Source of the DNA: Macrostomum lignano
Lineage: Eukaryota
Direction: 5' to 3'
Length of the DNA stretch: 64,000 bases
Assembly: GCA_002269645.1 (NCBI GenBank)
Contig: NIVC01000691.1
Location: forward strand, 412,614-476,613
The notes beneath the pieces were generated by a model, which ran no database searches, was not told the origin of the DNA, and worked only from the letters and a program-made list of their open reading frames with translations. Made by a program: the position numbers and the translations under genes. Positions 12,664-23,410 of this stretch are shown here, in pieces (positions within the stretch are counted from its first letter, which is position 1; every line of letters starts with the position of its first letter).

Positions 12664-13684
12664 GCTGCGAAGTAAGCCGATTTGGTCACTGTGGATTACC
12701 TGGTCTCCGGCTGTTGAGTATCTGATTGGTTGGGTGAGAGGCTACCTAGACTTGCTTGATTGGGTGAGAGGCTACCTAGACTTGCTTGATTGGGTGATCC
12801 CTTATCTGTCCCCTATTTCAGTAGCTGGATTAGGCGCACACTTTTGCTCATTTTGTTTAGTAGTGCTGTTATTAAGGCAGAAATCATTCAATAATACTGT
12901 TTAGTAGTCTGATTGCTCCAATGATCTATCTGAAGTGCGAAGTAATTCAGTGAGAAGGTTAAATCTGGCATTATTTTAATCAGTTCTATTTCTTTGTTCG
13001 CCGATGGCTCAGATGATTAGCTAAGCTAGTAGGCGCCGGTCACAGTGGACCAATGGCAAGGCAGTTCTAAGTCGATCAATCTATCAAATCAGTTAGCGAA
13101 TATCAAATCAGTTAGCGAAAATCAAATCAGTTAGCGAAATTGCCAATAGTGCAAAATCGGCGCTAGAGATGTAGAAATTTAGATGTAGAGGTGAATCATG
13201 CGGTCTCCGAAGTTCGAGTTAGTCTATCATCAGCGCTACGAGAGGCTGCATGGTTGGCGCGTTGAAGGCCAAAAGCACAAACCCTCGTATTTAGCAATGT
13301 AGTACATGCGGCTATACCCTTAGCCTCGCCACTGCAAGAATCTCCTGCACAAGTCGATCCCCTCTGTCCCTGCATGGCCAGCAGTACATGTCCCTTATCA
13401 TCGGCTATGACTTCGAGATTGACAGCAAAAAGACACTAGTTGGCAGGTAAGTGCTAAGCCAATCTACACATGTAGTCGGAAGCCCGATTTCGAAAGTTCC
13501 GGTTTGGTGAGCCAGAGCGCACCTGGTGGCAGCGGGTTAGTTAATCTGCGGATTAGCTGATCTCTACCTCCAAAATCCTCCCTGCTCGTCTCTCGCGCTG
13601 TACCTCTCTTAGCTACAGGACCTAGACTGCTCGCCACAGTTCAAGCTACCACGGGGCTGACCATCTGACGGAGTGGGGGGCCAG

Positions 13685-14212
13685 GGGGTCTTTCTCGAAA
13701 GCAACTTACGATCGACCATAGACGTAAGTTGGGTAAGCTACACTTACTGGTTGCTAGCTCGAAGGGCTCGCAAGTTAGCTATGCGTAAGATTGATCGCAA
13801 CTTTACGAGTTCGTAACTTTGCGCAAAAGACTGTTTCTCGAAACGTTCGTATGTCTATGGTCTTTCGTAAGGTTGATCTTAACCCTACGACTGCTTGGTA
13901 TCAGTCGTAAGACGCACTTAAGCACTAATCGCATAGTACGTGAAGCTTTAGTCAAGCCAAGTCAAGTTAAACTTTATCAAAGGTGGGTCTTTCTCGAAAG
14001 CAACTTACGATAGACTAAGTAAAGATATTTACAGATTTATGACCATAGACATGCAACTTTTCGTTTCAGATACGACTTACGAACAGCGTAAGCCACGCAA
14101 AGTCTAAGTGAGTTTTGAGAAAGCGTCTTACGAGCAAACTTACGCTACACGTAAATTTCTTTCTTACGATCTAACTTACCATAGAACTTACGTGAGTTTC
14201 GAGAAACACCCC
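13685..14212. mobile_element. Non-autonomous PIF/Harbinger-type element (MITE)
   Basis: TIRs GGGGT(C/G)TTTCTCGAAA, 3-bp TSD CAG/CAG (13682-13684, 14213-14215), internal CTTACG/CGTAAG motif repeats. Confidence 0.75.
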
Positions 14213-15180
14213 CAGGACTCTAATCGATTTATTTCTGAGACCTGAGGCCCAAAGGCTTTCTCTCCAAAGAAGCCGAAAAGGCCGAAACCCTTCAAATAGA
14301 TATATTCGAGCTAACACATCTACTTCCACAGGGACACAGGGTTCATCTTACGACGAGCAGCATGTAACAAAGTTTTTGTGGTCGTTCAATTTGTTTGTTT
14401 GGTTCGAAGCAAAATTATGGACGCACAGTTCATATTTATTTATTGCTTATTCACTTAAATTTCTATGTCAGTCCAGTTCTTCATAACTTGAGGCGTTATT
14501 CTAAAGTTAATCTAATTGTTCTTCCCTTGCATCAATTTAAAATTTAAAAATACCGCGTCGCTATTTAGTTACCGTGGTTATAGAATATAGGTGTGAAAAA
14601 ATCGGACGACGTCGGGGATTCAGGATTCATTCAATATCCTATCATAATGTATATAAAAATATCATCTGCTTATAGTTGTTTAAAAGAAGTATTTAGTTCT
14701 ACCTCTTTTATTATTACTATTAAATACTAGTTACATAAATAGTTCATACTGTACTGATATTCAATTCATAATTTAGTCACCTGACTGGCTGCATAGCCTG
14801 CATCGGCGTTCAACTGGCTCAAATGGAGCCTTTACAAAATAAAACCTAATTTATGTAGTAAAATGTAATACTTTACTTTAGGCAATTGCAATTAGCTTTA
14901 GGTAGCTATTGTTTTGCATGTTTATGCAGTGTCAATTCTGATTTTGCCATTTAAATTATAATTTGAATAATAGTTTGTGGTAGTAGTTTAGTAGCCTATG
15001 CTTGTAGATATTTTGCTAAAATGCCCAACTTACTTTTTCAACAAATATTTTATTTAGACCTTTGGATATTTGAATCTTTGAATCTTTACATCTTTGAACT
15101 TTTAGATTACTGTTTTTTATACAATATAATGTAGCAGTATTATAGTTATATTGAAGTATAATAGATGTTTATATACTAGA

Positions 15181-16102
15181 CAAGCTGTTGAAACCCGCGG
15201 ATTTTGAACCCGGGGAATTCCAATCCCTGGAACTACTTTTGCATGTATTCTGAAATCTAAGGCAATACACAAACAAAAACTTGTTAATAGTTAGTAAGAT
15301 AGAGGTGGACATAAAATGGAGCACATTCGTGTAAAATTAGGGTTTGAGGCAAACATTGATATTGTTGGCTGGGGGTACTCCGCAGAATGTCAGGCAATGT
15401 CTGTCTGACTCTAAAACATGTATTGGCAAACTCTGGCCTCTCCCTGACTCTCCCTATGTCCCTTGGATCCTTTAAAATTTCTATCGTCTCTTCTGTTTCC
15501 TTTCTTCTCTCTCATCCCTCGTCTCTACTCTTTCCTCTCTCTTCTCTCCTCTCTTCTCTCGTATCTTCCCTCATCTCTTCCCTATTCTTTTCTCTCTCCT
15601 CTCCTCTCTCCTTTCTACTTTTCGTTTTCTCTCTGCTCTCCTCTCTCCTCTCAACTCTTTCGTTTTCTCTCTCCTCTCCTCTCCTCTCTCCTCTCTCCCA
15701 TCTTCTTTCGTATCCTCCCTCATCTTTCTTCTCTTTCATATCTCTTATCTTATCTCTTCCCTCTTCTTTTCTCTCTCCTCTCCTCTCTCCTCTCTCCCCC
15801 TCTTCTCTCGTCTCTTCCTTCTCCTCTCTATTCTTTTTTCTCATCTCTTAACTCTCTCCTTTACTCTCTCATCTCTCCTCTCTCCTCTTTCCTCTCTCTC
15901 TCATCTCTCCCCTCTTCTCTCGTCTCTTCCCTCACCTCTTTCCTCTCTCTCTTTCCTTTTATCTCTTTTCTTGTTTTATCTCTTCTCTCTCCCCTCGTCG
16001 CTCGTCTTTTCCCTCACCTCTCTTCTCTCTCGTCTGCTCTTTCATCTCTCCTTTCTCTTCTTTTATCTTTTCTCTCTTATCTCTTCTCGTTTCTCTCTGC
16101 TC

Positions 16103-16155
<53 letters not shown>

Positions 16156-18154
16156 CCTCTCTCTCTCTCTTATCTCTCCTCTCCCGTCTCTCGTCTGTTC
16201 ACCCTCATCTCTTCTCTCTCATCTGTCATCTTTACTCTCTTATACGTTCTCTCACTTATCTCCTCTGTACTCTTCTCTTTCACCTCTTCTGACTCCTCTC
16301 TTTCCTTTCTCCTTTCTCCTCTCCTCTTCTCTTCTCTTCCCTCTTCTATACTGTCTCCCTCTCTTGTCTGCTCTCGTCTCTCTGCACTCTCCTCTCACCT
16401 TTTTCATCTCTCATCTTTACTCTCTCATCTCTCCTTTAATCTGTCTCATCTCTACAATCTCATCTCTCCTTTCTCCCCTCTTCTTACACCCCTCTCTTAT
16501 CTCTATCTCTTCTCTTCTCACTCCTCTCTCCCCCTCTTATCTCATTTCTTCTCTATCCTTTCTACTCTCTCCTCTCTAATCTCTCCTCTCCTCTTGACCC
16601 TCTGTCATCTTCTTTCTGCTCTCTCATATCTTCTCTCTTCTCACTCTTCTCTATTCTCCTCTCATCGATCCTCTGTCTCATCTCTACCCTCTTCTCACAT
16701 TTACTCATCTCTACTCTCTTCTCACTCTTCTCTATTCTCCTCTCATCGATCCTCTGTCTCATCTCTCCTCTCTTCTCACATTTACTCTTTCCTCTCCCTC
16801 CTTTCTCCCCTCCTCTCGCTTCTTCCTCCCTTCTTCTCTGCTCTCTCCTCACCACTTGTCTCCCCTCTTATCTTCCATGTTTTCTTTATCCCCCTCTCGC
16901 CTCTCCTCTCTTCTAAATAGTCTATTCCTTCTCCTTTCCACTCTCATCTGGCCCGCACATAAGCTGGATTCTTTTTCTGGCTTTTGAAGTAAAAGTCTGC
17001 CGATCCCTGCTTCGAAAGCCAGTTTGTGGGACGTACTACTCTCATCGTTGTTCTCATGCTTTGATCACGTCATCTTTCTTGCCAATTTGCAGCCCTGAAA
17101 GGAATTTTTGTATTTTCAGCTCCACTGCAGTCTGCATCAGTCTAACAACCAAGGAAATACGCATTTCTTAGGAGGCCATTTAAAATTTACACACTACCTT
17201 TAAAAGAAACCTAAAATTTCCATGGGTGTGCCTAATTTAGTAGGGTTGTATTGCATTGCATCGCATCGCCTTTTCATAAATCTTTCGCTTTTACAAACCG
17301 CTTTTCGCTTTCGCTTTTTTGCTGGATTCCCTCGATCTGCCAATTGCCATCCACTGTTAAACTGCTGCAGAGTTTGCCAATACAGAGGAGGGGAGGGCAG
17401 TGATTAGAATTTCTCACTAATTAAACTGTTATGGCTAAACCTAGCCTCTCCACTCTCGGGGTGCGAGAAGGCTATAAAAAAGTTATTCCAAAACACTGTA
17501 CATTTGCTATGTACATTCAGTCCTATCGCCTGATCCTTCGTCTGGCTCTGGGGGAATGAGTGAGTGAGTGGCACAAACAACAGAAAAAGCAGACAAACTT
17601 CACACGCTTACAGTTTCTTTTCTGAAAGAGTTAGAGAGTTGTAACTCTACATTTAGACAGAGAATGAGTCAATGAAGAATTGTGTGAAGCTTAAAGTCAA
17701 TCGCTTCACGTGGAGCAAACTTATGGCAGCTGAAAGTTAGTCAATTTTGAAACCCATTTTACACATCTGGGCCCAGATCGGGATCGGGAAAGAGAGGCAG
17801 GCGGGCGGAGGTTGGGGTGGTTGCTACGCTGAAAAAAACAGCCTAACTTTAAAAGTGCACAGCACCGCTCAGGATTAACTTTGAGACTCAAAATTTTACA
17901 TGATTGTGCCAAAATAGTTAAAGATTATCTGTGTCAAATTTGAAGAGAATCGGTAGAAGTGGAGCGGCGCTATGGAGGATTAAGTGAAAAAATCGCGCAT
18001 TTTGAGCAGTTTTTTGTACTTTTAGGTAGGAAGACTTGAGTCTAGGAAATTTAAAGGTAGCCTAAGACATTCTCCGTAGTAAGTTTAGGGTGGGTGTAAA
18101 GTTTGGTGTCATTTGGTTGAGCGGTTTGGGAGTCCATAGCGAAGTAATTTGTCC

Positions 18155-18187
<33 letters not shown>

Positions 18188-18210
18188 GTTTTGATTTTTA
18201 TAGGTAGAGA
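15181..18210 (-). mobile_element. Non-autonomous Helitron, copy C (~3.0 kb)
   Basis: 5' TCTCTACCTATAAAAATC followed by (GTCT)n; 3' hairpin and ...CAACAGCTTG; inserted A|T with no TSD; reverse complement of 20285-23380. Confidence 0.72.
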
Positions 18211-18609
18211 TATACTAGTAATAAATATCTAGTATAGGCCAAATTAGTACAAGAGTTTTTGTTTTTATAAAGTAGAATTAAGTAGTGAATCAAGTTTATG
18301 GCAATGTTGCAGTTTGTTTTGTGTAATTATTTTTACTTTTTAATACGCGCAAACATGTCATGGAGGGTTTAAATTTGTGCTGACTTGTCATGCCACATCA
18401 TCCTAAAAGGCCATAGGAGGTCAGGCATTGTCAGGCTCTTAAAATTAGTAATGATTTATTTGTTCATTTATATTTAACAATTAATAATTAAGACTAAAAT
18501 GAGACAATAAAAGTCAGAAATATATATAAATTAACAGTAGATTGTACAGTCCAACAGAGCACTCACAGAGTTGCAATGAGGGGAGAGAGAGAGAGAGAAA
18601 AAAGAGAGA

Positions 18610-18782
18610 GAGAAAGAGAAAAGAAAGAGAGCCAAGTAGATAAAAACTTTTCCACCATCCATATGTGCTCAAATGAGTACAGACTAAAAGTGCTTGAGGT
18701 CCTGTATATAAAATTGCATAAACCAATCCTAAATAAGCAACTTGCCAATCATGGTGCCAGTGCCCTCCTTAGAATATTCTAG
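18610..18782 (+). pseudogene. Penelope-like element GIY-YIG endonuclease C-terminal fragment
   Basis: FSTIHMCSNEYRLKVLEVLYIKLHKPILNKQ matches the LE-x-L-x-I-K...P-x-LN end of PLE endonucleases; flanked by (GA)n/(CT)n. Confidence 0.55.
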
Positions 18783-18807
18783 GTGTACACTTGTGCTTAT
18801 CTCATTT

Positions 18808-18861
<54 letters not shown>

Positions 18862-18863
<2 letters not shown>

Positions 18864-19509
18864 CAACCAATCTGGGTTTGCTTCCCAAAGGGTTCCATCC
18901 CTGTGGGTCATCACGTTGCAAATGCTGCACCTACTCATCACCTACTCTCTCCGCCCAGGGGCTAAAACTGGCTTCCAGTTTTTTAATCTCTCAGAGCCTG
19001 TCCTGTGGTATGGCTTCAAAAACTTCATCTATGGCATCTCCTGCAACCAATGCCACCCTGGGAAGATATTCTATGTAGGGATGACAAGAAGAACAATGAG
19101 AGATAGAATGAACCAACACAGGGCAAATATTAATAGGAGGGTTGTGACTTTGGGGTCAGAGCACTTTCTCACCCCCAATCACTCGATTGCAAACTTTGTC
19201 TCTATTGCTATCAAACAAGTTCTTAATAACAACAAAATCAAACTTAGGGAAGAAATCTGGATTAAAAAACTGGGGACTGACAAACTGCCAGGTACGAATA
19301 TCAGGGTTGACAATCATCTTCTTCGACCTATCTTATTGGTCCTTCCTTTTCACCCATCTATAGTCTGGCTTGCCAATGAGATAGCTAAAAACTTTGATAA
19401 GCTACAAAATAAACCAGGCTCCTGCATACTGCCTGCATTTACATGGCAACATAACTTACAGAGCCTCCTGGCTCCCAATGAGTTCAAGTCTCAGCCAAGA
19501 AACCATTGA
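18862..19509 (+). pseudogene. Penelope-like element GIY-YIG endonuclease fragment with upstream Cys motif
   Basis: GFHPCGSSRCKCC in one frame, then NFIYGISCNQC...FYVGMTRRTMRDRMNQH...EHF...EEIWIKKLGT...GTN. No RT part is present. Confidence 0.8.
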
Positions 19510-19852
19510 ATAATTTAACCAATGTGCTATTTTACCTATAGAACTACAATATTTATTAACTTTGTCATGTATTTTATTCAAACTGCTTGATTATATGCAC
19601 AAATATCAATTTTTATGCTCCCACCCTCAATACTGCATTTTATTTAATCGTACTTCAAAAAAGCAATTTTTTAATATACTAAATATACCATCGCTTAAAC
19701 TGACTGGTTGAAAGCCTCTGGGACAAGTTAGAGCTAGAATGAACCCAGTTTAAATGTACACCCCTCATATGTACAGCAGCTCAGCAATTTTATTAGACTG
19801 AGAAAACTAATACTTAACAGACCAACTTGCACTGCATGAAACACTGATTTTT

Positions 19853-19890
19853 GGCCTGACAAAGAGCCCAGAGGCTCGAAACCGGTAGCC
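19853..19890 (+). ncRNA. Minimal type I hammerhead ribozyme-like motif (variant core)
   Basis: GGC-CTGACAA-A-GAGCC-CAGA-GGCTC-GAA-ACCGGT-A-GCC: stems I and II plus palindromic stem III ACCGGT. The core is CTGACAA rather than CTGANGA. Confidence 0.6.
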
Positions 19891-20104
19891 CATATTAAAT
19901 TAATTAGTCTTTTGATTTTTTAAACATGCCGTGACCTCTCTTCTCTCTCTTTCTCTACCTCTCTCCCCTTATTGCAGCTCTGTGAGCATTCTGTTGGACT
20001 GTACAATCTACTGTTAATTTATATACATTTCTGACTTTTATCAACCCATTTTAGTCTTAATTGTTAAATATAAATGAACAAAAAAATTGTTACTAATTTT
20101 AAGA

Positions 20105-20140
20105 GCCTGACAATGCCTGATGCAAGGCGAAACATGTTGC
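20105..20140 (+). ncRNA. Second minimal hammerhead-like motif (variant core)
   Basis: GC-CTGACAA-T-GCCT-GATGCA-AGGC-GAA-ACATGT-T-GC; palindromic stem III ACATGT; stem I is only 2 bp. Confidence 0.45.
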
Positions 20141-20284
20141 ATAAAAAAAGATTTTGAGTTTATATCTAGGCCTATCTTATTAGGCCTATTCAAAATATGC
20201 TATATCAACATATATATGCCAATTAATTTTGCTTCATATTTTTAAGGGTTAGTCACATTTTACATTTTTGGATTGATTGGGTCA

Positions 20285-23200
20285 TCTCTACCTATAAAAA
20301 TCAAAACTCTGTCTGTCTGTCTGTCTGTGGACAAATTACTTCGCTATGGACTCCCAAACTGCTCAACCAAATGACACCAAACTTTACACCCACCCTAAAC
20401 TTACTACGGAGAATGTCTTAGGCTACCTTTAAATTTCCTAGACTCATGTCTTCCTACCTAAAAGTACAAAAAACTGCTTAAAATGCGCGATTTTTTCACT
20501 TAATCCTCCATAGCGCCGCTCCACTTCTACCGATTCTCTTCAAATTTGACACAGACAATCTTCAACTATTTTGACACAATCGTGTAAAATTTCAAATCTC
20601 AAAGTTAATCCTGAAAGCCGCTGTGCACTTTTAAAGTTAGGCTGTTTTTTTCAGCGAGGCAGCCACCCCAACCTCCGCCCGCCTACCTCTTTTTCCCGAT
20701 CTGGGCCCAGATGTGTAAAAGGGTTTCAAAATTGACTAACTTTCAGCTGCCATAAGTTTGCTCCACATAAAGCGATTGACTTCAAATTTGACACAATTCT
20801 TCTTTGACTCATTCTCTGTCTAAATGTAAAGTCTCAACTCTGTATCTCAATCAGGACGGAAACTGTAAGCATGTGAAGTTTGTCTGCTTTTTCTGTATTT
20901 TGCGCCGCTAAATCACTCTCACTCTTCCCCACGCCCAGACGAAGGGTCAGGCGATAGGGCTCAATGTACATAGCAAATGTACAGTGTTTTGGAATAACTT
21001 TTTAATAGCCTTCTCTGTACCCCCGCGAGTGGAGAGGCGTGGAGAGGAGAGAGTTTAGCCAGAGATTCAAACTACTGTCCTCTGTATAGACAAGTCGCAG
21101 CAGTTTAACAAGGATGGCAAATCAAGGCGATGTGGGATGGTTTGTAAAAATAGCGAAAAATTAATGAATAACTGATTACAATGCAATCCTATTATCCTAC
21201 TAAATTAGTTACACCATGAAAATTTTAACATTAAGATTCGCATAAGGTACTTTAAAATTTAAATGGTCTCCTAAGAAATGCGTATTTCCTTGGTTGTTAG
21301 ACTGCTGCAGACTGTGGTGGTGGAGCTGGAGAATGGAGATACAAAAATTCCTCTCAGGGCTGCTAATTGGCCAGAAAGATGACGTGATTAAAGCATGAGA
21401 AATGATAACAACCATGATAGTACTATGTCCCATGATAGTACTTTCGAAGCAGGGATCGGCAGATTTTTATCTCAAAGGCCAGATAAAGAATCCAGCTCAG
21501 GGCTGCGGGCCAGATGAGAGTGAAAAGGAAAAGGAATAGACTATTAGAGAGGGAGGAGGGGCGAGAGGGGGATAAGAGAAAAGATAGAAGATAACAGGAG
21601 AGACGAGGGGGTTGAAGAGAGAGCAGAGAATATGGGACGAAGAAGCGAGAGGAGGGGAGAGAGAAGGGAGAGGAAATAGTAGAGGTGAGAAGATGGAGAG
21701 AGAAGAGGGGAGAGATAAGACAGAGGATCAATCAGAGAGGAGAGTAGAGAAGAGTGAGAAGAGATGAGAGAACAGAGGTACCTTAAGGTAGATGAGAGAG
21801 GATCGAGAGGAGAGATTCGAAAGGATAGAGAAGAGAGGAGATAAGGGGGGGAGAGAGGGGAAGAGAGAGGAGTGAGAACAGGAGATAAGAGATGAGAGTG
21901 AGAGATGAGTGAGAAGATGAGATAAGAGATAAGAGATAAGAGAGAGAGAGAGTTGAGAAAGAAGAGAGGAGAAAGGAGAGATGATAGAGTAAAGGGAAGA
22001 GGAGGAGAGAGTGGAGATGACAGATGAAGGAAGAGAGGGCAGAGTGCAGAGAGACGAGAGAAGAGAATATAGAGGGGAGAGAGTATAGAAGAGGGAAGAG
22101 AAGAGAGGAGTAAGGAAAGAGATTAGTCAGAAGAGGGGAAAGAGAAGAGTACACAGTAGAGAGGAGAGTAGAGATGACAGAAGAGAGAGGGGAATGAGAG
22201 AGTGAAGATGAGGGTGAACAGACGATATAAGAGAGGAGAGAGGAGAGTGAGAGAGAAGAGAGAAGAAAAGAGAGGGAGAGAGTATAGAGGAGAGAAGTGA
22301 AGAGACGAGAAGAAAGAAGAAAAGATCGAGTCCTCCTGAGTCAAAAAAGGGGAAAGAGAGGAGTAAAAGGGGAGAGAGGTGAGAGAACATATGAGAGTAA
22401 AGATGAAATATGAGAGAGGGGAGATGAGAGATCAGAAACGAGAGTGAACAGACGAGAGATGGGAGAGTAGAGAAAAAAGGAGAACTATAAGAAATAAGAG
22501 ATGAGAGGTAAGTGAGGAGAGAGGAGGGGAAGGGAGAGAATCGAGAGGACATGGGAAATTGGTGAAAAGGACGAGAGAGGAGAGGAAAGAGGGGAGAGAT
22601 TAGAGAGAAGAGAGATAGGACAGGAGAGAGCAGAGAGATAAGAGATGAGAGAGAGAGGGGAGAGGAGAGAGAGCAGAGAAATGAGAAAAGATAAGAGAGA
22701 GAAGATAAAAGAAGAGAAATGAGAGATAAGAGAGCAAAGACGAGAGAGGAGGTGAGGGAAGAGACGATAGAAGACATGAGAGGAGAGAGTTGAGAGAAGA
22801 GAGGAAAAAGGAGAGAGTAGAGATAAGGAAAGTGTTGAGAGAGGGTAGAGTAAGGAGTGAGAAGAGAGGTGAGGGAAGAGAGAGTAGAGAGCAGAGGGAA
22901 GAGAGAGTAGAGAGCAGAGAGAAATGAGAAGAGATAAAAAAGGAAAAAGGAGATATGAGAGACCAGAGAGAAGAGAGGAGAGGAGATAGAAAAGAATAGA
23001 AGGGAGAGGGAAGAGACGAGAGAGGAGAGAGGACAGAGGAGAGAAGAAAGAAAAGATAACAGGAGACAGAGAGAGAAGAGACGAGACAGAAGATAGGAAA
23101 CAGAAAAGAAGATGGAAGTTTCAAAGGATGCAAAGGACATAGGGAGAGGCAGAGGTACAGGCCTGAGTTTACCTAACATTCTGCGCAGCACCCCAGCCAA

Positions 23201-23380
23201 CAATATCAATGTTTGCCTCAAATCCTAATTTTACATGAATGTACAACATTTTATGTTTAACTCTATCCTAACTATTAACAAGTTTTATTTGAATTTGACC
23301 TCAGATTTTAGAATACATGCAAAAATAATTCCGGGGATTGGAATTCCCTGGGTTCAAAATCCGCGGGTTTCAACAGCTTG
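20285..23380 (+). mobile_element. Non-autonomous Helitron, copy A (3,096 bp)
   Basis: A|TCTCTACCTATAAAAATC head, (GTCT)n, ~1.5 kb GA-rich core, 3' hairpin CCGGGGA...TCCCTGG, ends CAACAGCTTG. Confidence 0.72.
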
Positions 23381-23410
23381 TCTCTACATATAAAAATCAA
23401 AACTCTGTCT

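Noticed and set aside
13000-13080. tRNA or tRNA-derived SINE (GGCTCAGATGATTAG... GTTCTAAGTC)
   Set aside because: A/B boxes are weak, and I could not fold a cloverleaf or find a tail or TSD.
15387-16920. Long Leu/Ser-rich ORFs (up to 485 aa), and equivalents at 22127-23221 and 30984-32078
   Set aside because: Translations of CT/GA low-complexity DNA inside Helitron copies.
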